From NCBI GenBank assembly GCA_944390645.1, contig CALXRE010000054.1, positions 1-37,308 of the forward strand: DNA of 37,308 nt, written 5' to 3'. Below the pieces are notes generated by a model. It had not been told where the DNA came from and did not search any database. It saw only the letters and a program-made list of their open reading frames with translations. Within the stretch, counting starts at the first letter, position 1, and each line of letters begins with the position of its first letter. The position numbers were made by a program, and so were the translations under genes. Source of the stretch: an uncultured Alphaproteobacteria bacterium. GTDB lineage: Bacteria > Pseudomonadota > Alphaproteobacteria > CACZRW01. Below are positions 25,889 through 37,308 of the stretch, one piece after another.

Positions 25889-27514
25889 CTAGCCTATTGA
25901 TGCTTTTATAAATGCTCTAAATAATGGATGAGCAGAAAATGGTTGCGACTTAAATTCTGGATGAAATTGAACCCCTATAAAAAATGGGTGATCCTTAACC
26001 TCTATTATCTCTGGTAAAACTCCATCTGGAGATTTACCTGAAATCAAAACTCCTTTCTTGGCTAATTCTTGCTCATAATTTATATCCATCTCATAACGAT
26101 GCCGGTGTCTCTCGTATATCTTATCTTGACTATAAATATTCCAAGCAAGCGTACCCTTCGTTAAAATACATGGATAAGAACCTAAACGTAAGGTTCCTCC
26201 TTTATCCGAACCTTCATGTCGCTTTTGCTTTAAACCTCCTTGATCCCACTCATGCATCAACGCTATTAATGGCGTACATTCCTTAACAAATTCCGTGGAA
26301 TTCGCATCTTGTATACCTAAAATATCTCTAACTATTTCAATGGCAGCAACTTGCATCCCTAAACATATACCTAAATATGGAATCTTATGTTCCCTCGCAT
26401 ATCTAGCTGCTATGATTTTACCTTCTACTCCTCTATAACCAAATCCTCCTGGAACCAAAATACCATCAAGGTTGGATAAAATCTCTTCAACTGTTGATGA
26501 TGTCTTACCTTCTAATCTCTCTGACTCAATCCATTTTAACTTAACTTTACAACGATTCGCTAAACCTGCATGAAATAATGCCTCATTAAGTGATTTATAC
26601 GCATCTTGTAAACCACAATACTTCCCTACTATGCCTATTGTTACTTCTCTTTCCCAGTGCTCCATAACTTCTACTATTTCTTCCCATCGACTCAAATCTG
26701 GTTCTCTCGAGGAAGAAAGCATACCAAAATGCTCCAAAACCCTTACATCTAAACCCTCTTTATGATAGGAAAGTGGTATCTTGTATATGTTATCTAAATC
26801 AAGAGCTACTATTACATCCTCTGGTACTAAATTACAAAAAAGAGCTAACTTCTTCCTCTCTGAATCACTCATCGGCATAGATGAACGACACATTAAAATA
26901 TCTGCTTGTATCCCTGCTTCTAATAACGTCTTTACTGAATGTTGACTCGGCTTGGTCTTTAACTCCCCTGCCGTCTTGATATACGGTAAAAGCGTTAAAT
27001 GAATAAATAAAGCATTTTCTCTACCTATATCATTCGCAAATTGCCTTATTGCTTCTAAAAAAATTAATCCTTCTATATCACCTACAGTACCGCCTATCTC
27101 ACAAATAATAAAATCTTCATCCGTTATATCCGAAGAAATAAATTCTTTTATCTCATCCGTTATATGCGGTATCGATTGAACCGTAGCTCCTAAATAATCT
27201 CCTCGTCTCTCCTTAGTTAAAACATTAAAGTATATCTTACCTCCTGATATACTATCTGTCTTATGAGGATGAATACCTAAAAAACGCTCATAATGACCTA
27301 AATCTAAGTCCGTTTCTGCTCCATCTTCCGTAACAAAAACCTCTCCATGCTGATGGGGAGACATTGTCCCTGGATCGATATTTAAATATGGATCAAGTTT
27401 ACGAATGCGAACCTTATACCCTCTTGACTGAAGAAGTGCACCTATAGAGGCTGATGCTATTCCTTTACCTAAAGAAGAAACTACTCCGCCGGTTACAAAA
27501 ATATATTTTGGCAT
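25889..27514 (-). CDS. pyrG: CTP synthase
   Basis: [25 protein letters not shown] (glutaminase Cys) and HRHRYE. The ATG at 27514 gives the canonical N-terminus; the ORF-track start at 27526 adds MGKQ. Confidence 0.95.
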   Translation of the reverse strand: MPKYIFVTGGVVSSLGKGIASASIGALLQSRGYKVRIRKLDPYLNIDPGTMSPHQHGEVFVTEDGAETDLDLGHYERFLGIHPHKTDSISGGKIYFNVLTKERRGDYLGATVQSIPHITDEIKEFISSDITDEDFIICEIGGTVGDIEGLIFLEAIRQFANDIGRENALFIHLTLLPYIKTAGELKTKPSQHSVKTLLEAGIQADILMCRSSMPMSDSERKKLALFCNLVPEDVIVALDLDNIYKIPLSYHKEGLDVRVLEHFGMLSSSREPDLSRWEEIVEVMEHWEREVTIGIVGKYCGLQDAYKSLNEALFHAGLANRCKVKLKWIESERLEGKTSSTVEEILSNLDGILVPGGFGYRGVEGKIIAARYAREHKIPYLGICLGMQVAAIEIVRDILGIQDANSTEFVKECTPLIALMHEWDQGGLKQKRHEGSDKGGTLRLGSYPCILTKGTLAWNIYSQDKIYERHRHRYEMDINYEQELAKKGVLISGKSPDGVLPEIIEVKDHPFFIGVQFHPEFKSQPFSAHPLFRAFIKASIG

Positions 27515-27629
27515 TTGTTTTCCCATTCGCTCTATCTATCGTTATATATACTATTGAATGGAATTTGTTTCTATAACAACCCCTCTCTCTTGACAAGTTT
27601 TAATTACATAAAACTGCTTTTTTATTCCT

Positions 27630-30370
27630 TTAATGGGCTGTTGCCCAGTTCTCTCCTATCCCTGCTTCGGCTATTAAAGGAACGCTCAATGATACAGTCC
27701 TTTCCATAATACCTTTAACTATTCGTGATATTTCTTCTGCTTTATCCTTATCTACTTCTAAAATAAGCTCGTCATGAACTTGGAGTAATAATGAATCTTT
27801 ATAACCTAATCTTGTTAACTCCTTCGAAACTTCCTGCATGGCTTTCTTTAAAATATCTGCCGCACTACCTTGAATCGGAGCATTTATCGCTGCCCTCTCT
27901 GCAAAACCTCGCTTCGATGGATTCTTATCCATAATACCTTCTACATAACATCTACGACCAAAATCGTCGTAACATAACCTTGTTGCCTCGCTTCCTCTAT
28001 CGTCCTTTCCATATAATCCTTTATCTCTGGATATTTTGAAAAATACGATTCAATATATGAACTCGCCTCTGTTCGCGATATCTCTAGTTGTCTAGAAAGA
28101 CCAAATGCTGATATCCCATAAATTATCCCAAAATTTATCGCTTTCGCTCTACGCCTTAACATCGGATCCATATCTTTAAGCGAAACCCCAAAAACTTGAG
28201 AGGCTGTACTAGCATGAATATCTATTCCTTCCTCAAATGCTTCCTTTAATCCCTTCACATCTCCTATCGCCGCCATAAGCCTTAACTCTACTTGCGAATA
28301 ATCCGCTGAAATTAAAAGCTTACCTCTATCCGCTATAAACGCTCTACGGATATTCCTTCCTTCTTCTGTCCGAATTGGAATATTCTGTAAATTAGGATCA
28401 TTCGAAGATAATCTACCCGTAGACGTAACCGTCTGAGAAAACGTCGTATGAACCCTCGATGTCTTAGAATTAACCTGCTCTAATAATGCATCCGAATATG
28501 TGCTCTTAAGCTTCGATAACTGTCTATACTCTAATATTAACTTCGCTAACTCTACTCCCTGATTGGAAAGCCTATCTAAAACCTCCGCATCCGTAACCCA
28601 TGCTCCACTAACTGAACTCTTTACTCCTCCTGATAAACCCTGCTTCTCAAATAAAATCTTGCCTAATTGCATGGGCGAATTAATATTAAATTCTTCTCCT
28701 GCTTCCTTATAAATAGAATTAGCTAAAATACTCATACGACGAGTGAAATCTATACTTAATTTCTTTAATTCTATAGTATCAACACATACTCCTCGCTCTT
28801 CCATAGAAAATAAAATCGATATCAAAGGAAGATCTATCTCTTCATAAATACTATATAACTTCTCTTCTACTAAACGCTTCCTAAAAAGCTTGAATAACCT
28901 TAACGTAATATCTGCATCTTCTGCTGCATACTCTAATGCCCTATCAAGATCTACTCTATCAAACGTAATTTTATTCTTCCCTGTTCCACAAACATCTGAA
29001 TACTTTATCGTCTCATAATCCAAATATTCCTTCGCTAATTCATCCATACCATGACCATGGCGAGAGCCATTTAAAACATAAGACATTACCATGCTGTCAT
29101 CTATCGGTGTTATCTCTAAATCCTTTCCTAGCTCTTGCGCAAAAACATGCATGTCAAATTTTAAATTATGACCAACTTTTAAAACCCTCTTATCCGCAAA
29201 TAACGGAACTATCTCTTTCATAACTTCTTCAACCGATAACTGCTTTAACTTTATCGATTCCGTGCCTCCAAATAAATCCTTCTGAATAGAACTACCTATA
29301 TGACGAATCGGTATATAACACGCCTTACCTGCCGATACCGCTAAAGAAATACCTACTAATTTACAACGAAATGGATTAAGACCTGTCGTCTCTGTATCAA
29401 CTGAAACTACTTTAGATTCATACGCCCTATTTATCCATAACCTTAATTTATCTATATCATCAACTAATTCATATTCCTTGCTAACTGAAACTAAGGGTAT
29501 TGCTTCTTTTCGCTTGTCACACCAATCTTCAATAATCGAACGTAAACTCTTAAAACCTTGTTGATCTATAAATTCCTTTATCTTTAAACACTCGGGTTCC
29601 TTTACCGCTAGTGCTTCTAATGACAACGGTAACGGTGCATCTTCTGCAAGCATTATTAATCTCTTAGAAAGTATTGCTTTTTCTTCTTCTGCAACTATTG
29701 CTTCTTTTCGCTTCTTCTGCTTTATACTATCCTTGTGCAATAATAAATTTTCTAATGTACCATACTCTAATATTAACTCTGAGGCCGTCTTCGGTCCTAT
29801 CCCTGTTACTCCTGGAACATTATCAGAAACATCTCCTACTAATGACATAACATCTAAAACTTGCTCTGATGTTACTCCAAACTTCTCCTTTATCTCTTTA
29901 TCTCCTATCCTCTTCTGCTTCATAGGATCATAAAGAATAACTCCCTTCGATACTAATTGCATCATATCTTTATCTGAAGAAACTACCGTAACCTCTATAC
30001 CTAAATTAAGTGCCTTCTTCGCATAAGATGCTATTAAATCATCTGCTTCATAACCTTCTAATTCTATGCTAGGAACATTGAAAACTTTAACCGCATCACG
30101 AATAAGCGAAAATTGAGGAATTAAATCTTCTGGTGTCTCTTTGCGAGTACCCTTGTATGCTGGATAAATGTCATTACGAAAATTCTTACGAGAGGCATCA
30201 AAAACTACCGCAAAATAATCTGCTCGGCAATCCCTCAATAATCTCATCAACATCTTGGTAAAACCAAAAACAGCGCCAACAGGTGTACCTTTACTATTGG
30301 TCATTGGCGGTAAAGCATAAAATGCCCTGAATATATAACCTGAACCATCAACCAATAGTAACTTCTTCAT
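27630..30370 (-). pseudogene. polA: DNA polymerase I, interrupted by a 1-nt frameshift (two ORFs: 27941-30370 and 27630-27932)
   Basis: The upstream ORF carries the 5'-nuclease, 3'-5' exo-like and most of the polymerase domain and ends ...QGYVTTILVVDVM*. In the other frame the sequence reads [40 protein letters not shown]...NWATAH*, which is canonical PolA. The frames switch at the A4 run 27960-27963. The likely start is the ATG at 30370; the ORF-track start at 30376 is a TTG. Confidence 0.85.
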
Positions 30371-30378
30371 CCCCAATC

Positions 30379-32739
30379 CTATCTCCTTAATTCCGCTCCT
30401 GTAGCAACTTTTACTGCTTCAACAACTTTATTAGAAAGATCCTCTATCTCTAAATCTGTAAGTGTCTTTTCTTGCGGCTGTATCGTAACCTCTATCGCTA
30501 ACGATTTCTTACCTTTGCCTAAACGATCTCCTTCGTAAAGATCAAAAACTTGAACATCAGATATTAAATTCTTATCTACACCCCTCACAACCTTGAGTAT
30601 TTTCTCTGCTTCTACCTCGCTATCCATAACAAAAGCAAAATCCCTAAAAAGAGGTTGAAATGATGATATAAAAATTGCTTTTTGATTCTTACTCCTTAAC
30701 TCCTTGCTCGGAACCTTATCCAAAAAAACTTCAGCGGCAACTACCCTCTCCTTAATATCTAAAAATCTTAAAACATTAGGATGAATCTCTCCAAAATACG
30801 CTAAAACCGTCTTCCCTAAACATAAGGATCCTGAACGACCTGGATGATAATAGGACGGAGCATTACGATAAACTTGAAGACCAGAAAGCGGAGCATCAAC
30901 TGCTCCTAAAGTAGCTATTGCATCTTCCTTAACATCAAAAACATCTACTTCCCTATCTACATCTAACCAATGACGTCCATGATTCTTCCCTATCCGAACT
31001 ATACTCGCCATTGCTTCTTGTTCCCCTGGCTTACTACCTATAAACTGTGGACCAACTTCAAATAATGCCACATTTGGATACCCTCTATCCGAATTGCGCT
31101 TCGCTGCATCTATTAAATTCGGAATTAAACTCGGACGCATCTCATCTAAATCTGATGCTATCGGATTGCCTAACCTAACTCCTTTACTATTAAAAAATTT
31201 GGCTTTCTCTGAAGACATAAATGACCATGTAATCGCCTGATACCCTCCCCTCTCTGCTAATGCTCGACGAGCCGACATCTCCTTCTTCTGAACTGAACTT
31301 AATAAAACTTTAGGCATCTCTTTACTAATCATCGAAAGCGCAGGTAACTTATCATACCCATATATCCTCATAACCTCTTCTACTAAATCAGCTTCTCCTT
31401 CTATATCTGGTCGCCAAGATGGTGGAAATACCCTATCTCCTTTTACTTTAAAACCTAAGGAAGTTAAAATCTTCTCAGACTCTTCTCTCGAAACATCAAC
31501 TCCACAAAGTGTCTTTACCCTCTCTGAACGAAATTGTATCTCTCTTTCCCATCTTGGATCTTCTCCCGCTATTACTATCTCAGATGCTTCTCCTCCACAT
31601 AAATCTAAAATAAGTCGAGTCGCTATCTCATTGTCTGGTATCGAAGATGCTGCGTCTACTCCCCTTTCAAACCTAGTACGCGAGTCGGATTCTATATTTA
31701 AAAAACGACCCGTCCTCGCTATGTTCATCGGATCAAACCACGCTGATTCTAAAAATACTTCAGTCGTATGCTCACTAACTCCTGACTTCTCTCCTCCCAT
31801 TATACCTGCCAAAGATAATACTTCCTCTGAATCCGATATAACCGTCATCTCTGATGTTAAAACGTGTTCCTTACCATCTAATGTAACTAGCTTCTCTCCT
31901 TCTCTTGCATAACGAACCTCTATTTCTCCTCTTATCTTCTTCGCATCAAAAACATGTAAAGGACGACATCGTCCAATATTTAAATAATTCGTAATGTCAA
32001 CTAATGCTGATATCGGACGAAGCCCAACTGAACTTAATCGATCTTGTAACCATTGAGGACTAGATACATTCTTAACTCCCCTTATATAACGACCCGTGAA
32101 AATTGAACAGCCAGAGGGTAATAACTTAACCTTTATTGGACTGGAAAATTTACCCTCAACTGGAACAAAACTTAAATCCTTAAGCCTTCCTATCCCAGAC
32201 GCTGCAAGATCCCTCGCTATACCTAAAACTCCAAAACAATCTGGACGATTAGGTGTAACATTTATATCAATAACTGTATCTCCTCCTAAAACTTCCGAAA
32301 ATGAACTTCCTAAAGGAGCCTCTGTCATTAAATCTAAAATCCCTGTATGATCTTCACCTAGCTTCAACTCCCTAGCTGAACACATCATACCAAAACTTTC
32401 TACCCCTCGAATGCTACCTACCTTTAAAATATCTCCTGAAACTGGTATCTTTACTCCAGGACGGGCTAAAACCCCTTTTAAACCAACTCTAACATTGGGA
32501 GCCCCACAAACTATCTGTAATACCTCTTTCCCTGTGTCTACTTTTAATATGTGAAGCTTGTCCGCATTCGGATGATCATTAACTTCTTTAATCTCTGCTA
32601 TTATGAAATCCTTTAATCCTGCACTAGGATTTGATACTTCTTCTACTTCTAATCCTATAGACGTAAGCTTCGATGTTATTTCTTCTATTGTCGCTTCCGT
32701 ATCTAAATACTCTTTAAGCCACTTAAGGGTTATTTTCAT
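30379..32739 (-). CDS. pheT: Phenylalanyl-tRNA synthetase beta subunit
   Basis: MKITLKWLKEYLD N-terminus, tRNA-binding domain, B3/4 and B5 layout. 786 aa. A 4-nt overlap with pheS. Confidence 0.95.
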   Translation of the reverse strand: MKITLKWLKEYLDTEATIEEITSKLTSIGLEVEEVSNPSAGLKDFIIAEIKEVNDHPNADKLHILKVDTGKEVLQIVCGAPNVRVGLKGVLARPGVKIPVSGDILKVGSIRGVESFGMMCSARELKLGEDHTGILDLMTEAPLGSSFSEVLGGDTVIDINVTPNRPDCFGVLGIARDLAASGIGRLKDLSFVPVEGKFSSPIKVKLLPSGCSIFTGRYIRGVKNVSSPQWLQDRLSSVGLRPISALVDITNYLNIGRCRPLHVFDAKKIRGEIEVRYAREGEKLVTLDGKEHVLTSEMTVISDSEEVLSLAGIMGGEKSGVSEHTTEVFLESAWFDPMNIARTGRFLNIESDSRTRFERGVDAASSIPDNEIATRLILDLCGGEASEIVIAGEDPRWEREIQFRSERVKTLCGVDVSREESEKILTSLGFKVKGDRVFPPSWRPDIEGEADLVEEVMRIYGYDKLPALSMISKEMPKVLLSSVQKKEMSARRALAERGGYQAITWSFMSSEKAKFFNSKGVRLGNPIASDLDEMRPSLIPNLIDAAKRNSDRGYPNVALFEVGPQFIGSKPGEQEAMASIVRIGKNHGRHWLDVDREVDVFDVKEDAIATLGAVDAPLSGLQVYRNAPSYYHPGRSGSLCLGKTVLAYFGEIHPNVLRFLDIKERVVAAEVFLDKVPSKELRSKNQKAIFISSFQPLFRDFAFVMDSEVEAEKILKVVRGVDKNLISDVQVFDLYEGDRLGKGKKSLAIEVTIQPQEKTLTDLEIEDLSNKVVEAVKVATGAELRR

Positions 32740-33821
32740 CTCTTTACTCCTCCATTAAGGCTAAGTCCTCTATTAATCGCTGGTATATCAAGAGGTATAA
32801 ACCCATAATGCTTTAACCACCTAATATCTCCTTCAAAAAAAGTCCTTAAATCTGGTATGCCGTACTTAAGCATCGCCATACGGTCAATCCCAAAACCAAA
32901 CGCAAAACCTTGATACTCCTCTGGATCAATCCCTGAAGCCTTTAAAACATTAGGATGAACCATTCCACATCCTAAAACTTCCATCCACCCCTTGTCCTTC
33001 GCTATCTTAAATTCACCTTTCTCTCTAGAACAACCAATGTCCATCTCTGCTGACGGCTCCGTAAACGGGAAAAATGACGGACGAAAACGAACAGGAACAT
33101 CTTCTACTTCAAAAAACGCTTTAAAAACTTCTATAAGACAACCCTTTAAATGACCCATGTTGGTCGTTTTATCTATAACTAATCCTTCTATCTGATGAAA
33201 CATCGGCGTATGGGTCATATCATAGTCACAACGATATGTACGTCCAGGTGCTACTATCCTTATCGGAAGAGATTGACTCTCCATCGTCCTTACCTGTACT
33301 GGTGAAGTATGCGTCCTTAAAATATCTCCTCCTCCATCTTTCATAAAAAATGTGGCTTGCATCTGTCTCGCTGGATGCGATTTCGGAAAGTTTAATGCTT
33401 CAAAATTATGCCAATCATCCTCTATGTCCGGTCCCTCCGCTAGCTTGAAACCCATTTGACTAAAAATCGCTAAAAGCTCTTCTGTAACCTGACTTACTGG
33501 ATGAATCCTACCCTGAATAAAAGGACGTGATGGAAGCGTAACATCTATCCTCTCTGTCTTAAGACGCTCATTAATCTCTTCTGTCTCTAAAAAAAGCTTC
33601 CGTTCGCTAAAAACTCTACTAATCTCTTCTTTTAATTCATTAACCTTTTGACCAAATGTCTTCTTCTCTTCCGGAGATAAAGAACTTATTCCTTTCATCA
33701 GTTCTGTTAAACAACCCTTTTTCCCTAAAACTGAAACCCTTATTTCTTCTAGTTCTGAAAGACTTGATGCGCCACAAAGCAAAGGGATAACCTCTTCCCT
33801 AATGTTTTCTAAATCCGACAT
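32736..33821 (-). CDS. pheS: Phenylalanyl-tRNA synthetase alpha subunit
   Basis: Class II motifs FRPSFFPFTEPSAEMD and GFAFGFGIDRMAMLKYGI. Confidence 0.95.
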   Translation of the reverse strand: MSDLENIREEVIPLLCGASSLSELEEIRVSVLGKKGCLTELMKGISSLSPEEKKTFGQKVNELKEEISRVFSERKLFLETEEINERLKTERIDVTLPSRPFIQGRIHPVSQVTEELLAIFSQMGFKLAEGPDIEDDWHNFEALNFPKSHPARQMQATFFMKDGGGDILRTHTSPVQVRTMESQSLPIRIVAPGRTYRCDYDMTHTPMFHQIEGLVIDKTTNMGHLKGCLIEVFKAFFEVEDVPVRFRPSFFPFTEPSAEMDIGCSREKGEFKIAKDKGWMEVLGCGMVHPNVLKASGIDPEEYQGFAFGFGIDRMAMLKYGIPDLRTFFEGDIRWLKHYGFIPLDIPAINRGLSLNGGVKR

Positions 33822-33937
33822 AATTTATTTTCCCATAAAAAATTTCTTAGAACGTTTATGATAAAGCTCTTTTTTTTCTATTCAAGCTTTCGTTAATAAA
33901 ATAGTCATCTTTTATTGCTTTAATCCCAAATTAGTAA

Positions 33938-35044
<1,107 letters not shown>

Positions 35045-35046
35045 TC

Positions 35047-35742
35047 ATGAACCCTGATGCTTTGTTTAGTAAAAAATTAAATATTGTTAAACCTCATGAA
35101 ACAAAAAAAAATCAGGGACTAACTCGAGCTTGGATACGTTGCCCTTCTGGAAGAAGAGTCGACTTGTTAGAACCTTCTCCTTTAGATATTGAAATATCCG
35201 ATATCGCTCTATCTCTATCTAGAATAAGTAGATGGGCGGGAATGACTGCTACTCCTTATGGCTTCTCTGTGGCTCAACATTGCGTACTAGTCGTAAAAAT
35301 TATGGAATGGATGATCGATTCTTCTCCTTCATATAAAACTATGGTCCAAAAAAGTGGTTTATCTAAAAAACATTGGCTGCTGGCTGGGCTTTGCAATGAT
35401 GCCTCAGAAGATTATCTTGGCGGCGACCTATGTGGACCAGCAAAAGCTGCTATGAAAGATAATGCTTATAAAAATATGGAAGAAGCTTTACAAACCGCTA
35501 TCTATATTAGATTAGGTCTGCCTGCAGAATTACCAGAAAATATAAAAAAAATCGTAAAATACGCAGATCGGGCAAGTGCTTATGCTGAAGCTGTGCTTAT
35601 CGTTGGCTTCTCTCCTGAAGAAGCTGAACCTTTATTCGGTATCAAAACCCCTCTAAAAGATCATGCCTTCTTGGATACTTTATCTAGTGAAGATGCTATG
35701 CGTGCTTACCTAGCCCTATACAAAAGATTAAAACTCGTTTAA
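35047..35742 (+). CDS. HD-superfamily (YfbR-like) phosphohydrolase homologue with ND in place of HD
   Basis: ISRWAGMTATPYGFSVAQHCVLV (first His) then LCNDASEDYLGGDL where the family normally reads LLHDAxExYxGD. Starts 2 nt after the ccrM stop. Confidence 0.5.
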   Translation: MNPDALFSKKLNIVKPHETKKNQGLTRAWIRCPSGRRVDLLEPSPLDIEISDIALSLSRISRWAGMTATPYGFSVAQHCVLVVKIMEWMIDSSPSYKTMVQKSGLSKKHWLLAGLCNDASEDYLGGDLCGPAKAAMKDNAYKNMEEALQTAIYIRLGLPAELPENIKKIVKYADRASAYAEAVLIVGFSPEEAEPLFGIKTPLKDHAFLDTLSSEDAMRAYLALYKRLKLV

Positions 35743-35777
35743 ATTATCCTTTAAATATTAAAAGGATACTTAATCTT

Positions 35778-36773
35778 ATGTATAAAAATACTGCAAAATA
35801 TCAGGAGAATATCTTTGCCTCTATTGATCTTGGAACCAATAATTGTCGCTTGATGATTGCTAAACCATCAGAAATTGGCTTTACAATTATTGATTCTTTC
35901 TCTCGAATAACTCGTCTTGGCGAAGGTATGGTCTCTAACAACCTTTTGTCTCAAAAGGCTATCGAAAGAACTTTAGATGTCTTAAAAAAATGTGCTGAAA
36001 AAATTAAAAAATATAAAATATCTAAATCTCGATATATTGCTACTGAAGCCTGTAGACGAGCTCTCAATGGAAAAGATTTTATTAATCGCGTTTTCCTTGA
36101 AACTGGGCTCAATTTTGAAATCATTTCTCCTTTCGAAGAATCAAAACTATCAATAAGCGGTTGTATGCCCTTAGTTAAACCAAATATAAAAAACCTTTTA
36201 GTCTTTGATATTGGTGGTGGTTCCTCTGAAGTATCTATATCTAAAATAACAAACAACGGATCTATTATCTTAGAAGGAACTACCTCTATTCCTATGGGAG
36301 TTTTAACTGTATCTGAAGGTTTCACTGGAAATGATATATCTGGAAGAGCTCGAGATACTATAACAACTAAAGTAAACTCCGCGTTAAAAATTTTTGATGA
36401 AAAGTATAATATCTCTGAACGATTGTTATCTGAAAATGTCCAAATGATTGGAACTTCTGGAACTGTTACTAGTCTCGGAGCTTTTCACTTAAATCTTGTT
36501 CGATATAATCGTAATGCTGTCGATGGACTAGTAATGACATATAAAGAAGTCGAAAACGCTAGAAATAAACTAGAAAAAATGACAAACCTTGAACGAATTG
36601 CTCATCCTTGTATCGGACCTCAACGAGCAGACTTAACTCTAGCTGGTTGCGCTATATTACAAGCTATCTATGAATATTGGAAATTAGATGAAATTACGGT
36701 TGCCGACCGCGGTTTACGAGAAGGTATTATCGTAGATCTAATGCATAAAAATAAAAGGCAAAACAAAAAATGA
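35778..36773 (+). CDS. ppx: Ppx/GppA-family phosphatase (N-terminal ASKHA module only)
   Basis: IDLGTNNCRLMIA and VFDIGGGSSEV phosphate-binding loops. 331 aa. Confidence 0.85.
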   Translation: MYKNTAKYQENIFASIDLGTNNCRLMIAKPSEIGFTIIDSFSRITRLGEGMVSNNLLSQKAIERTLDVLKKCAEKIKKYKISKSRYIATEACRRALNGKDFINRVFLETGLNFEIISPFEESKLSISGCMPLVKPNIKNLLVFDIGGGSSEVSISKITNNGSIILEGTTSIPMGVLTVSEGFTGNDISGRARDTITTKVNSALKIFDEKYNISERLLSENVQMIGTSGTVTSLGAFHLNLVRYNRNAVDGLVMTYKEVENARNKLEKMTNLERIAHPCIGPQRADLTLAGCAILQAIYEYWKLDEITVADRGLREGIIVDLMHKNKRQNKK

Positions 36774-37308
36774 AACAAAATTTAGTAACAGGATCTAGAG
36801 TAAAAAAAACTAGAGTAAAAACTGCTAAAGGACGTATCGCTAGTTCTACTAGGTGGTTACAACGTCAAATTAACGATCCTTTCGTCTTAGAAGCAAAAAA
36901 ACTTGGATATAGAGCTCGTTCCGCTTTCAAAATTATTGAACTTAATGAACAGTTCAATCTATTTAAACCTGGAAAAAAAGTCGTAGATCTAGGAGCTGCT
37001 CCTGGTGGTTGGACGCAAGTGATTATTGATTTGGTTAAATCAAAACCTGAAAATCCAACCGTAGTAGCTCTAGATATATTACCAATGGATAGTTTACCTG
37101 GAGCTAAAATAATAACTATGGATTTTTTAAGCAGTGATGCTCCCGATTTACTTAAACAAGCTACAGGCGGTCCCGTAGACGCCGTCGTAAGTGATATGGC
37201 TGCAAATACTACAGGAAACCACGATGTAGATCATTTACGAATCATGGCTCTGGTAGAACAAGCTTATAACTTCGCTACTGAAGTCTTAAATGAAGGGGGG
37301 ATTTTCGT
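36770..37308 (+). CDS. rlmE: 23S rRNA (uridine-2'-O)-methyltransferase RlmE/FtsJ (3' end beyond the window)
   Basis: Hand translation from the ATG at 36770, which overlaps the ppx TGA (ATGA), gives ...STRWLQRQINDPFVLEAKKLGYRARSAFKIIEL...VVDLGAAPGGWTQV...DVVVSDMAANTTGN. Confidence 0.9.
   Translation, partial: MKQNLVTGSRVKKTRVKTAKGRIASSTRWLQRQINDPFVLEAKKLGYRARSAFKIIELNEQFNLFKPGKKVVDLGAAPGGWTQVIIDLVKSKPENPTVVALDILPMDSLPGAKIITMDFLSSDAPDLLKQATGGPVDAVVSDMAANTTGNHDVDHLRIMALVEQAYNFATEVLNEGGIF

Overview
This is an AT-rich (about one-third G+C by eye), very gene-dense chromosomal segment. Its gene content fits a reduced alphaproteobacterium: CcrM-type methyltransferase, CarD/CdnL, IhfB followed by a LapA/DUF1049 protein, a Ppx-RlmE pair and an alpha-type SPOR tail. 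An intracellular or symbiont lifestyle is only an inference from composition and packing. I can support 34 protein-coding genes (2 truncated by the window edges, 1 interrupted), one GC-rich non-coding element that is probably a structured RNA, and a few hairpins and repeats. Most genes are housekeeping: pntA, crcB, gltX, cysQ, pyk, rpsI-rplM, carD, folC-accD, ihfB, parC, pyrG, polA, pheST, ccrM, ppx, rlmE. I saw no tRNA, rRNA, CRISPR array, transposase, integrase, toxin-antitoxin pair or known defence gene. The non-core content is as follows. (1) A eukaryotic-type class I cyclic-nucleotide phosphodiesterase homologue. (2) A tightly coupled three-gene unit at 9879-14215 (membrane EEP-like pseudoenzyme, Lon-family protease with a coiled-coil insertion, tandem-USP protein), the most system-like unexplained unit in the window. 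(3) A TolC-like lipoprotein fused to a SPOR domain. (4) A PPP-phosphatase-fold protein and an HD-fold protein with substituted metal ligands. (5) Several orphan ORFs. Two further signals stand out. polA is split by a 1-nt frameshift in a 4-nt homopolymer. Codon usage flips with gene orientation across the whole window, so the plus strand is pyrimidine-rich at synonymous sites. Nothing here demonstrates a new system; the rankings below are hypotheses. All family calls rest on motifs recalled from memory, not on searches.
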